Part shown: piece after piece, positions 37,236-50,220 of the stretch
Numbering within the stretch: position 1 is the stretch's first letter
Layout of the letters: each line of letters opens with the position of its first letter
Assembly: GCA_013265495.1 (NCBI GenBank)
Contig: MU058844.1
Coordinates: 124,001-188,000 of the forward strand
Source: Vicugna vicugna
Lineage: Eukaryota
Reading direction: 5' to 3'
Length of the DNA stretch: 64,000 nucleotides
The notes under the pieces: generated by a model
Database searches by the model: none
What the model was told of the DNA's origin: nothing
The model's input: the letters and a program-made list of their open reading frames with translations, nothing else
Made by a program: the position numbers and the translations under genes

Positions 37236-39719
37236 AGACTGTTTCCGGTCTTGCACAAAACTTTACTGGTTTCCTTAATAAATTACCAAAGTTTGAAAGA
37301 TGCTACTAGAATGGAAAACCAAAACAGCTGATTCACAAGGTACTGGGACCGTGGACTTAATCCCAAAAGCTGCTGAACGACAGGAACCACCTCTCCTTGG
37401 ATCTTCCTCTCGCACAGCTCTGCCCTGACCACCTTCTGCCAGATGTTCTAGGCACATCGGCTGAATGTGTTCCTTTGTCTTGATTGCTTAGTAGTGCGCT
37501 TGGTGCAGTTATGAATTGGTATAATGTTCTTTGTGCAATAAAGAAATTTTTAATAGAATTACAGACATATAAACAAACCAAGCATACATAAAATACAGTA
37601 TTAACAGTTGAGCTACCGATTGTAATGGTGTTAACATTCTTTGGCCAAAATTATACCAAGTACTATCAAGATGTAGCCCAGATGTTAGCTGGGGCTCTCA
37701 CTGACCTTCAAGAAATTGGCTCCAGACTCCATGAACTCTATAGCCTCTGGAAACCCAAAACCCTTCTCAACATTTGGTAAGATTACATCCTCAGGGCCTC
37801 CTTTATATTCCGGCCTCCTGATTGCATGAAAGTTGACTCCACACTGTACTGCAGCAAGTGTGATGTGAACCTCTGCATCTCCAAGTTTGTCCCCCAAATT
37901 CACCCCATGTCAGGCATGCACAAGCAGAAGACTTCACAGAGAAGTTGGGGACCACAAGGAACAGTGACAGCATGTCCTCCCCACAATAGCCTGCATTTGG
38001 CTGGTGTCCTTTCCCTCCAACACTCTCCCTTCTCCTTTGTTCTTGCACATATCCCCCTCCCTCTCCCAATGAGCAATAAATGCTTCCCCTGGACTCACAC
38101 AGAGTAGTTCTGCCAACATGTAGGCCTTTGGGGCCTCATATTCTTCCTCAAGCACTCATCAAGGTGTTTCCCTCAAGGTTATTTCCTTCCTAAAGCAAAT
38201 CCTGTTGCCAGATGTTCAGATAATAGCATTTCCATTTTCCCTAGCTTCTGATCTTCCCCAGCTAAAATTTGTATTTGAGAGGAGGGGCTGATCCCAGGGG
38301 AAGCAGCAGCTGTGCCAAGAGGATGCAGAGTGGCCAGGGCAAGTAGCAAAGGTGGTACCAGGACATGTCACATGCCCTCAGGCCTGAGCTCAAGGCAGGA
38401 AGAGAGACGTGCAAGGGCTGGAATGCTAACAGGGCACAGGGGGACAAGAACTAGCAAAATTAAAAGCATTAATATCAAAGAGACCCATTAACCCTAGGGC
38501 CTTAGGAAACAGGGGCTTCAAGTAAAAACTCTTAAGAAAAATTATAACCACGACAAGGAAAGGTCTAGCCTCACAGAAAAGTTTTCATTGATCTAATAGT
38601 AAAACTTAACATTTATAAGGAATAAGTATTATTCATATGACTTTATATGGTAATTCATAAAGGCTGATCTTGACAAAAGACCAGACTTCTACTTATCATG
38701 ACTTACCATGCAAAGAATGTCAACTAAAAAACTGTTAGCTATGGCAGGGAAAAAGAAAACCCAATGGCTTAACTATATATAAAATTTTTCCTTAAGATAT
38801 AATTTTTTGAGAAAGAATCTAGAAGTCCTAGGGAAAACAAAACAAAACAAAAAGCCCTTATTCCTCCAACCACTCCATCAAGTAGATACAAATAGTTATT
38901 GCTCTACCCATTAGATAAGTGGATAAAATTTGGTGAGTCCAACTTTTCACCAATCCAGAAGATTCTTAAAGTACTGATCTACTCGGGCACTTGAGAAAGG
39001 ATTTCACTTTGGTCAGGAATTTCCTTATGCCCTCTTCAGAGAAGATTAGAATTTGCTAAAATCCCTGGGTCAGCCCTGACAGTCAAATTGGTAACTTTGC
39101 CCTTGCTCTAGCTATTTTATAGACGGCTGTTCAATTATCATATTAAAACTAATATTTGAGCATAATTTTTAGTTCTATAAACTAGCCTGGGAAAGGGCCT
39201 TTCTAGCACTTGATCTCTCTCAACTAGAAGTTTATGAGTTGTTTTCCACAGCGAAAGAAAAACAGCGGGGAAGGGAAAGGAAGGAGCAAATTGACAATGA
39301 AAACAGGCAGAGAAAGGTAAGAAGAAACAAGTGTGTCTTAGATCAAAGAGTGAGTGGAGCTGGTGGGTCCCTGTCACTCTTTGCTCAGAGGAAGGAAAGG
39401 TTCTAGCTCTACCAATGAGTGGCGTGAAGTTCAAATACGCTGGAGAAGAGATAGAAGCAACCACGAACTTTTCTTTTTGAGAAACTGGGAAATGGGACAA
39501 GACTACTCCACGTGATACCCCAGATAGAGCCTGAAATTACAAAGAACCTAAAGTACTGTATTTCTTTAACCTATTTAAGAATGTTGAACAAAGTTTACAC
39601 AGTACACAGGCGTAGAGTCCAAGTCGGGGATGGAAGATGAAGGAAGAAGTGTGGGGTAAGGCTGTGTAGATTAGCCCTTGGGAGCCAAGTTCTTTGATGT
39701 GGAATCAGAAACGAAAGTC

Positions 39720-41110
39720 ATTTGTTTGCTCATTCATGCAGTAAGTATCAATCTCCACATGTTCCAGATTCTGTTCTAGGTACCAGGGATACAATACTGA
39801 ACAAGACAGAATCTACTCTTTAGAGTTTACAGGTTAGGGGCAAAAGTAAGTACACAAATACACAAACATAGGCATGTTTTATACAAATTCAAAGAAAACA
39901 GGCTATGGCCTAGAGTGTGACCTGGGGTTAGGGTGCTTTAGATAGGGTCGTCAGGGAAAACCTCTCGGGGGAGGGGACGAGCCGAGGCCTAAATAATGAG
40001 AGGAAGCCAGCCTAATAGTGTAGTGGCCCGTACAGCAGCACGAAAGGAGAGAACTGCAAAGACTTGAGGTGAGACACCCACTTGGGAAATCTGAAGATCA
40101 AAAAAGGGCCTGCAGGGAGCGTGGGACAGAGAAAAGAGGTAAGGGACAGACGCAGGCAGGAGCCACAGCAGGAAGCAGTTTGGATTTTCTTCTAAGTGTG
40201 ATGGGAAGTCGGTGGAGGATTTTAAGTTGGGGAGTAATAATTCTGTTTTAAAAGATGGCTCCGGCTGCTCTCTCAAGCAGACTGCAGGGGCAAGCATAGA
40301 AACAGACAGGCAGGTTAGGAGGCAATGTGGAGATTCAGTGAGAGATGTCAGAGGTTTGGACTGGGTGGGAGCAGAGATGAGAGGGTAGATGGATCTGGGT
40401 AAATTGGGGGGTATTTCTGTGGGTAAGACTGATAGACTGGATGTGGGAGATGAGGGAAAAGGAGCAAATCAAGGCTGATGGTTAGGTCTGGGGTTCAAGC
40501 AATTGGGTATATAATGGGGTTTATTTACTGAGATGAGGATATCAGGGAAGGGCAGGTCTGATGGAGAAAGTAGTTCTAATTAGGGATTAAGAGTTCTATT
40601 TGGATTCATTAAATTTTAGATGTCTCTCAGACTTCAAGTCTAGAAGTCAGGGTTAAAGCTGTAAGTTAGTAAACAGAAGGTGTGGAAAGCAAAAGGACCC
40701 TCTGAGATTACCCAGAGAAAGAGGATAGAGAAGTCCCAGGAGGCTTTCCAATAGCTAGAGGTCAGGACAAGGAGGAATAACCAGTGAGGTGCAGAAAAAA
40801 CAAGAAGTGTGAATTGACATCAGCCAAGGAAAAAAAAATTTCCAAGAAAGAAAAAGTGACCTATTATATCAAATGTTGCTGAAAGTCAAGTAACATGAGA
40901 AAAAAGAATTAACCACCATATATGGTAAGATGGAGATCAGCAGTGCCCTCCACAGAGGTACTTGCAGCGGACTGGTGGGGTGGAACCTAAATGAACTGGC
41001 TGAATAGAGTGGAAGATGCGGAAGTAGAGATGGGTTATATAGAGAGTTCTTTCTAGAAGCTCTGCTATGAAGGAGACCAGAGGAATGAAGTATGTAGGAT
41101 GGGGGTCAAG
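39720..41110 (-). mobile_element. L2 LINE, ~1.4 kb
   Basis: TTGCTCATTCATGCAGTAAGTA...GTTCTAGGTACCAGGGATACA...TCAGGGAAAACCTCTC...GGATTTTCTTCTAAGTGTGATGGGAAG...TCAAATGTTGCTGAAAGTCAAGTAA. Confidence 0.88.
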
Positions 41111-42129
41111 GAAGGCTTTTGTTGTTGTTAACTTTTGTTTTCTAAGATACAGAAAATTAGAGAGAACAGTGGAATGAATCCCCCTGGTCACCAAGCTCTG
41201 ACAACTGTCGGCTCCTCATCACACTTCTTATCTGTTCCCCCACTCATTGCCAATTCCCCATCCACACGGCAATTTTGAAGCAGATCCAATGTCAGATACA
41301 TGTCGTAAGTGAGAAATATTTCTTATGGAAAAAGGAAAACAGAAAACTCTACTTAACTATGCTATCACTGAGAAAATTCTAGATCCATGACATTAACAAA
41401 GTAACTTCAATAAAAGGTATAAAATTTAACTTTCCTTCAAAGCAGGGATTCTCAAACTATGACCCACAGTCCACAGATGAGCCATGAGAGGCTTCCAGGT
41501 GAACAGTAAACTGTGACAAAACTCAGGTCCTTCCATCAGCTTTAATGGATAGAGAAGGAGGAAGTCCAAGTTCATGGTCTTCCGTTTGTTTGATTTTTGG
41601 CTTTGTTTTTGCACATGAATAAGTAATATAACTTATTAAGTAAGTTACTTAGGTTTACTAAAATTAGTACATTCCTAGAGTTTGCAGATGACTTGTATTC
41701 AAAATTGTGCTAAGCGCTCTGACTGCCAGACAATGCCTGGAACTGTTGCAGAACACATTTACAGATGGTGGGAATTTCTGTAAATTGGGGGAAGGATGCC
41801 TAATCACCCATGCATATCTTGAGTTACTTACATTTGCAATTCTTCTATTTTTGCTTTTTGACTACAAATTACTTCACTTCATCAGCAACAACTTAGTTTA
41901 TTGTGGGTTATTTGGCTAAACACTCAGTATATAGTGATGCATATTTGCATTATCAATATTGATTTACCACTTGTTTATTCTTTAGTTAACTGTAGTCCTA
42001 GGTACAAAGATTTGAGACAGAAAACCTTAAAACCTAGAAAATTCTATGTATTATTAAACTTTTCTCCAGATTGAGGGGGACTTTATAATTTTATTTTAGC
42101 TGTGGAAAACCTCAATCCTGTTGAGATAG

Positions 42130-42345
42130 TATAACAGTTATGAGCATTAACTGGATCTAAAGAGTCTAGGTTCAAATCAAGGCTTTGCTATTTAGTAGCT
42201 GTGTGACTTTGGAAAGGGTAAGTTACTTTTCTATTTGTTTCTCAGTTTCATCATCTGTAAAAATGTGGATAATAATAGTACCTTCCTCACATCTTTAAAT
42301 GAGTGAATATGCGTAACTGGTACAGTACTTTGCATCTATTAAGTT
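42130..42345 (+). mobile_element. MIR SINE
   Basis: CTAGGTTCAAATC...TAGCTGTGTGACTTTGG...CTCAGTTTCATCATCTGTAAAAATGTGGATAATAATAGTACC. Confidence 0.85.
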
Positions 42346-44789
42346 CCATATTTTTCCATAGAAGTATTACTACTACACTTACTACAACAACAATTGCTAC
42401 TACTATTACAGTTTGTAGGACCAGGGTTCTAAGAGAGGATATTTTGAAAATCACTAAAGTATACCTTGAAATTGGTACCTACAACTTAAGTGGTAGATAT
42501 AATGGCATAAATGGTGGCTAGCTTTATATCCAAACGTTTAAACCATAATATAACCCAACTATTCACTAAGAGCACTAGCTTGGATTCTGGATCTTGGAAC
42601 TCTGGTGCAGAAAGCAATGAATCCTTTTGTGCATACTGGGCCAGGCTTAGGGAACATTATAAAGGAGGTCAAGGAGGGTCTTCAGCATCTTCTCACCACC
42701 TCTCTGTGAGCTTATCTTACTTTCTGACCCCATGCTTTCTAAGCCTCCAGGTATTCTTATTTTGTTCAGAGTCTTTTACCGTAATAATCACGAAGCCAGT
42801 TCTCCCCTATTCTCTTCTTCAAACATGAATTCTTTCTCTAGGACCTTCTAGCCCCAGCTCTGGGTGAGGAGGGAAATGATTTTTAAAAATTTACAATTAC
42901 TTGTGTATGTCTATTAACACTTCAAGTGTCTCAGAAGTATATCTATTATTGAAAGAAATTTCTTACCAAAACATCAAATTACTGCAAATTCAGGCAGGGC
43001 AACAAAGCTAACTGAAAAAATTCAAGCAGTCTGGGCCACCATAGAGCCTTTTCCGGAAGCTAGCACTATTTTCATGGTTTCTTCTCTCTACTTTGAAACA
43101 ATGTAGCATTTTATTTACTTTTTTTTCTTCAATAGCTCTTAAGGTAGCAGAGACCCCAGTGTCAGAGTGAAGGGAGGAAAGAAAAGGGGGAAATGGAATT
43201 GGGATTAGCAAGAGGATTTACTTTTGGAGGGAATGCTGATACTCAATAATCACTACTAGTTAAGTAGTTTCTTTTCTTTTTGGGGGTAGGGTTTAAATGT
43301 GATTATTGTTCATAAGAAATTCACATCTAGTTAAAAGTTGGGACCAAGAGAGTTAAGGGGCAAATCTGAGGACTGACCATGCTTAAATCTAAAGAATCAT
43401 ATTGTTTTTTCAAATTTACTATAATCTTTGATTTTCTAACACAAGTATCACTTACCCAAAGAAAAGTTAGTGGATTAAATCATAGATTTCATTCTCTGAC
43501 CCACTACAAAAAGAATTTTAGGGGCTTTCCGTCAAGAACATATAAAACTATCAATATTCAAAAATACTGAATCTTAAGCCAGGAAAATATAAATAAAACA
43601 GATATTCAAGACCAGTGGAAATATAAACACAAGTATGCAGATCATGGTTGTTAGACTTAAATTTCAAGAAAGTTTACCTCTGAATTTCCTAGAGGATAGA
43701 AGGAAGAAAGGAGTAGCATTTGTCACAGTTATCAGAAAGGATAATATGTTCTGTTTCCACTCAAAGAAGCAAAGCTCTTCTTGCAGCTGGGCTCCACAAG
43801 GTATTTTTCAAATGGGCTATAACTTTGTGGCCTTGAGTAACAGAGCCAACAACATCCTCAGTTCCAGGACCTTGGGCCAGGGCCACATTGTTCAGGAGTT
43901 CCAGCAAAATTCCATTAAATGACTAGCTCCCCTGAGGGGTGGGAGAGGCTTGTGTTCAATTTACAGAAGCAACATATGCACACAATTTTTTAAAACCATG
44001 TCTACTACTTAGATTACAAATTTAAAAGAACTTTTAAAGAGTTCAGACTACTTTTACTGTATTGTATTGTACTATACGGTATTGTGAGATCACCAAATAG
44101 CCCAAAACAGATAATTTGTAGAGGAAGAAAAAAATAAAAAATAAAAATAAAATAAAATAACTTGGACTGTGTTTGGTTTTTCTTTCTAGAATGCTCTTCT
44201 CTACTGCAAAATCTCTTTTCCAAAGTTTCCCTCCTTTCAGAATAATGAAGCTATACAATTTTTACCAATCTTATTGAAGTATACTTGCTGATAATGCCTA
44301 GCATACAAATGGCCTCAAAAGATATTTGTGGAATGAATAACTGAGGTGAACAGGCCACACCACAGAACTCTTTAATTCTAATATTCAACACTTGGATGGG
44401 CAATTTATTTGTCCCTAAATACTCATAGTCAACAATGAGACAATCCTCTCCAGTTCAAATAGCTTTAAAGATCTTGGTATAAACATGTATTTCTTTCCAT
44501 TAAAATCTTCTTAGAGGAGATCTAACTTGCTTCCTTGGAAGAAATACATCCCTGAGCTTGGTGGAAGGCCATAACATTTAAAAGGAAAAAATAAACAAAC
44601 AACTGGGCTTACTAAGAGGTAAGTACAAGGCTCTTTGGGGAGACATAGGACAGATAAGCACCACCCCTTTCAAAGCAACCCTGTCAGGAAGCTACAAATA
44701 TATTTCAGCAATACTGGTTTTAAGCAAAAAACTTATAGAATGCCTCTTTTGGAGCTGCCTTCATCTCTAAAATCAGTTTACATGATGTA

Positions 44790-45072
44790 CAAGAAAACCT
44801 GTCATACTACCTTACGGTCCTGGCTTATTTTTAACCAAACATTACTCTAGCCAGTTTGATCACCACCTATGTGGCAGACAATGGTGAACAGTTTCTGGCC
44901 AGTTCTCCAAATCAAATCTACCTTCTAAGAATAAATACCATCAGTGTAAAAAAATCTTTAGCAAAATGTGCCAAAGAGCTACAAAGGCAAATTCCAAAGA
45001 GAGATTTCAAAGACATCGTGAGCAGCAGCAGCATGCCGGGACAATCCCTGTAGCCTCTCAAGGAGGACTCAT
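44790..45072 (+). mobile_element. MARNA-like mariner transposase relic (C-terminus)
   Basis: GATCACCACCTATG...CAAATCAAATCTACC...AAATGTGCC...AATTCCAAAGAGAGATTTCAAAGAC...GAGCAGCAGCAGCAT...TGTAGCCTCTCAAGG parallels mariner HPPYSPDL...KIKSTLKG...AIPKEEFQKCFEQWQH...CIASQG. Confidence 0.7.
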
Positions 45073-47552
45073 ACACAGCTCTGCACAAACTGTGTATCCT
45101 GAAGAGCCGGGATAGTCTCATACATACAACGCCACCAGGTCTCTGTCATCTTTACAATATTCCCCTGGCAGAGTGCCCTGCACACAGTAGGGCATGTAGT
45201 AAATGCTTTTCAAAATAGAATTCTCTTGAGAATAGTCTAACTATGGAACAACAGGGCCTTTATCCACCAGACTTTTTCCTAGGAGGAAATGATATCTTGT
45301 CATCATTGAAGGTGGGTTTTGAGAGTAACCGACGATCTATTTGCTTTTACTGCCTCCTATATCCAGTGGCAAATGGAAAACTTATCCCTCAAAACGGTAT
45401 CTCTTAAAGATGAAATCTTTATTTTTAAATAACTGAAATGTAAGTTAAAGAGATTTCAGAATCTATGAAAAAGCACTGGCATCTACCATTCTTTTCTAAA
45501 TTTTGAGCAACTGGTCATCAAATAAAAATGAAAAAAATATAGAAAATCTACCACCACAGCAAAGGTAATACAATGAACATTTAGACTGTGCCTACTGTGC
45601 ATTAAGTACCATGCTATGTGTAATCTTTAGGAAATCCAACAAAAGAGGTACTACCATTCTCATTTCTACAGATAACAAAACTTGAAGCTTTGAGAAGTTA
45701 ATACAGATGTACAAGCTTACACAATCATTAGAGGGCAGAGCTAAGGTTCAAATTCAAGTGTGTTAAAATCCAAAGCCCTATCCCTTACCTCCAAAACGTG
45801 GAGAGTATTCCAGAAGGGTAAAGCAGAAGGCCAACTGGCCAGCCCTATGCGGCCGACAACAGCAATTTGATAAAAACGAAATGACTTGCCAGTGTTTAAA
45901 ATATGGGGTTTTACATAAAACACAGATTTGTATCTCCCCTATACCAAACTTTTCACTCATTCGCCTACACAGACCAGGCAGATAATGCACTAGAGTCTAT
46001 GACTTCTGTTATTCCCTGCTGCCTCTTTTAAAGCAAAACCAAAACTAATGTTCCACCTGTCCTATCTTACCTGGATATCCCATAGGAACTTAGAATCATA
46101 CCATTTTGATGAAGTAGAGCATAGTCATTGAGATCAAGTACAAACCCTTTACAGAATCTAAGGCCAAAGAGTTAAGTGACTGGTTAATGGTCATGAGCTA
46201 TAGGAATAGATCTTGAATGTTCTTATTCTTGTCTGCTCTGCTACTCAGCTTCTCACTGGTAACCACACATACATACGCCGGGTTAACGAAGTTAACGACC
46301 TGGGAAGTGAGGAATCACTATTCTTTCAAAATTCTCTTTGAAATTACTATCATGAGTATGCACTGTTAATAAATACTGCTAGTAATGCCAAGATTTCAAG
46401 TCTATTTTCTTTGATTCACCAAAGGTCTCCTATGTACAAATCACTCTGCTTTTACAGACCCCCTCCTGTGTCTCCCTTTTTGTTTTCCAGGAGCTGCCAG
46501 CAGCAGTGTGGTTGAATACTGAAGGGTAAAAGAAGCTACAAAGGATGCCCCAAAGAAGCATCTTTGACTTCTAAGCCGTAGGTCAGGGATGGGGAAGATG
46601 AGGAAGACAATACCAGTGGGTGACTCATAGGTCACACGTACCAGTGAGTGACTCAAGCCTACTACCGTCCAGAGCAGATGTAATTTTTATTTTAATTTCT
46701 GATGTTAGCCAAAGAAAGTCACTTTCAGTCATTCTTAATTATTATATAAGCACGAAAGCATATTCTGATCATATAAGCTGGCAGTTTCTCCTCCTTACTC
46801 CCAAAGGTACTAAGTTTATCAAATTTAAATATTAAAATTTCCTAAGGCCAGGAAAAGATACTAAAGAAACAGCTTGTCAATTACAAACTATTTCTAGAGG
46901 TGTTTGTAGCATATGCACCATCAAATATAGTTCCTATTTAAAAAAAAAATCATGTTGTGCTCATTCCGATGTTTCCCTATGTAACTGAAGCCAAAAATAG
47001 CATTTGTGAAAATATTATTTTTTGAGGAAAGTACCCCACATTAATAATGAGTTGGGCCCGAAGAGGTTTTAGGATTTCAAAGCAAGCAAGTTCCATGCTC
47101 TCCTAAAAAAATGATAAGGAATAGACATCCCCTTCATTAAGCAGGACAGATTTTAAAATTTATAACAAAATGATATCTTCGTCATTTGTTTTCATTTCAT
47201 TTCTGACCTAATTTCTGACAGTCTTGAATGAATATCCATTCTTATGTCCTTTAACTATCTTGCAAGGTAGCCAGGCCAGCTGAGTTTCCCACCAGACAGT
47301 AAATTACTCTGGGATACTATGTTCTAATATCAACTCTGTGTACTCAATATCAAATACCAAAGATTTGGCACAAATACCTTTATCAATATTTTCATCTCTA
47401 TTTGGCTCCAGACATCTATAAAACTGTAAAATGGAGCTCTGGCACATAACAAAGGTTTTTAAGGTGCTCTGAAAGTCTGCAGAGGGAAAGGACAGGGCAG
47501 TGTGGAGTACTGGGCATTCACATCTTTCTGTTGGTGCTCTAAGACTGCATAA

Positions 47553-47770
47553 TAGCTGGAGAGCAAAGGCTCTGGACTTCGAATGTCTGGGTTTAAAGTC
47601 CAGCTCTGCCACTTACTAGCTGTGCAACCTTGAGCAAGTCACTTAACCTCTCTGTGCCTCAGCCAATCCCTCAGCTATAAAATGGGATTGCTGAGAGGGT
47701 TAAATGTGATTAGGTATTCAAAGAGTTTAGTGCATTTCCTGGCATCCAGTAAGACTCAATAAATATTAAC
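47553..47770 (+). mobile_element. MIR SINE
   Basis: GGCTCTGGAC...CTGGGTTTAAAGTCCAGCTCTGCCACTTACTAGCTGTGCAACCTTGAGCAAGTCACTTAACCTCTCTGTGCCTCAG. Confidence 0.9.
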
Positions 47771-48984
47771 AACATTTATTATTCATTCATTTTTGATGCC
47801 TTCACTGGCATGCCCTGGGTATGAGTAAAATTTTTTTCAGTCAGCTTGACTATATTTGGTGCCTTGATTCTTGAAGAAAACAACAATGTCAGACCCATTA
47901 GCATAATTTTCTAAGATTCCAGTCAGACATCTCTAGGGCATAAATCATTATGTGGAACCAGCCATGAAGTAGCATACTGCAGGTGCTTTGGAAAGTCACA
48001 TTAAATCTTGTAAAGCAGAGGGTACGATTCATGCACACTCAGCAGCAGGAATTCGATGAAGTGACTCACTCTCGTCTCCTGACCGACGACTGTTATTTCT
48101 TACTTGTAGAGCATCACCCATGACAGATGACAGTGACACGGCTGCACATGCCCACAGGCACGCTCAGGTTTTACAGATGCCAAAATAATTTTGCAAGAAA
48201 GTAAAGCAAATAGTGGCCTAGGGACAGTTCAAGATTTCATTTGTTTGTTTTGTTAGTTTGAGAGGCTTTTTTTATTGTGATAGTCTTAAAAGTATTTTAC
48301 AAACACATAAGAAATGAAATCAGCAAATTTCTCTCTGGCTTCCATTTCTAGTAAAAAGATCATCAAATATATGCTGTTGAAGAACAAGCATAAATAAACC
48401 TTATTTTGTGGCTTAAAGTTACAATTCACAGAAAGTTGCTACATATTTTACTCTCATCACCACTTTGCCTTTAATTAGGTCCTTGTAATTATTATCATAA
48501 GAAAGGTATCTCATATCTTTCTCACTTGCAAGCAATATATAGATGCTACTCTACTTGACTTATCCTTATTTACTCATTGTGTAAAATCTATCCATAAGCA
48601 ATAATAAAAATTGAAATTAAAAAAAAACTATAAAATGAAAGGACTACTCCTGGCAAGCAGCACAAAGTGCACAAGAGCTCAGATTTTAGTGACAGGCAGA
48701 CGTGGATTTGTGGGCAAGAAACTTAATCCCTTTAAGCTTCAGTTTCCTCACCTGTAAAGTGAGAATAATAAGAGTTTCTATATCTTGTTAAGGCTGGTCA
48801 CACCAGAATAGTACCTAGGGCAAACAATTTTTGAAGAAATTGAAGGAACTGAAGAAATGTAAAAAGGGAGGGAGGGAGGAGAAAAAGGAGTGAATAGCGA
48901 TGACTCTCCCTGAGTTATACAAATAGAGGCTACAATCCGGGCCTTTTGCCAGGATTATGCCTCTAAAATAACCCAGCTTGATCT

Positions 48985-50220
48985 TTTTTATTATGTAAAT
49001 TTTCCATATACAACAAAGTTGAGAGAAAAGTGTAAACCGCCCCCATGAACACATCACCAAACTTCAACAATTATTATACTCTATCATTCTGACTTCTATT
49101 TCCCTAAACACATTTTTTTCTTTTGATGGAGTATTTTTAAAGAAAATCTCAGGCATCATATCCCTTCAATAGTAAGTGATTCTAACAGGTAAGGGCTCAA
49201 AAAAATAATCACAATACCCCTAGCAGAATCAATAAAACTATCAGTCATTTCCTAATAGCATGTAATAAACAGAGAATGTTTCATTTTTTTCTATTGTTTT
49301 AAAAAAGAAAGGTATTTTTACAGCTCATTTGTTCAAAGCAAGTCCCAAACAAGATTCATTTGTTTACAGGTCTCTTAAACAGGTCTTTTTCACTTATTAT
49401 GAAGAGTTCCCCCTCCCTACTTTTTTCCCAGTATATTTATTTGCTGAAGAAATTGGCTTTTGTTTTGCAGAACTTCCCACATTTAGGACTTTACTGATTC
49501 GTACTCTTGTGGTGATGTTCAACTTAATTGTCTCCTCTGTTTCCTGTAAACTGGTAGTTAGGTATGGAAGCTTGATGAGATTCTGGTTCAAATTTGTGGG
49601 GAGGGAGTGTGGGCAAGTGTAACTCACAGGTGGTGCTGTCTCTTTTCTCTCTGATCACATTAGGAGGAGTATAAACGTTCCGTTGTTCCCCCTTGTAGTC
49701 ATGTTGAGATTTATCAGTGGGTTCAAGGGTGGTCAGGCTGAGTCTCCATGATAAAGCTCCAATTTCATCTAGTGATTTTTGCATACCTAAATAATTGCTG
49801 CCTAGTTCCATTATTTCATTAGATGTTGTGAAATAGTGGTTTTCCCCTTCTAGCATCCTTCTGCATTTATTAGCTGTAATTCTCTATGAAGAACTTACCC
49901 TGAAGTACACACACGCATATACATATAGTTATGTTTTTCTTCCTTTGTTATGCACAAGTAGCTTACTATATAAACACTTTTTTCCACTTTACTTTTGTAA
50001 TTTAAAAATAGATTCTGAAGATTACTTCATGGCAAAAAGTAGAAATTTTCCTCATTCCTTCTTAGATATATATTCTTCTTTACGAATGTACCATTCAGTT
50101 ATCCAACCATTCCTCTGTTAACAGACATTCGGAAGGTTCTCATCTTCACTATTACAAGCAATGTTGTAATAGATAAACCTGTACATATATCATTTTTGAT
50201 TTTTGCCACAACATTTAAAT
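48985..50220 (-). mobile_element. Old L1 3' region (L1MC/ME-type)
   Basis: TTTTCCATATACAACAAAGTTGAGAGAAAAGTGTA...CATCACCAAACTTCAACAATTAT...TTTCCTGTAAACTGGTAGTTAG...GCTTGATGAGATTC...CATTATTTCATTAG. Confidence 0.75.

Noticed and set aside
39138..39530. 120-aa minus ORF with an upstream tttgtaatttcag acceptor
   Set aside because: No good donor and the peptide is unrecognisable.
30345..41110. Inverted L2 pair as a possible long dsRNA
   Set aside because: The copies are too diverged and about 9 kb apart for stable pairing.
43770..43925. Protein-looking minus frame (GILLELLNNVALAQGPGTEDVVGSVTQGHKVIAHLK)
   Set aside because: Short, no start codon or credible splice sites, and no family recognised.
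46277..46304. GTTAACGA direct repeat and other short tandem duplications (~522-541, ~7937-7965, ~34907-34945)
   Set aside because: Two-copy slippage duplications; no array or spacer structure, not CRISPR-like.
49943..49957. Second SOX-OCT-like motif CTTTGTTATGCACAA
   Set aside because: The octamer half is broken and it lies in an old L1 region.
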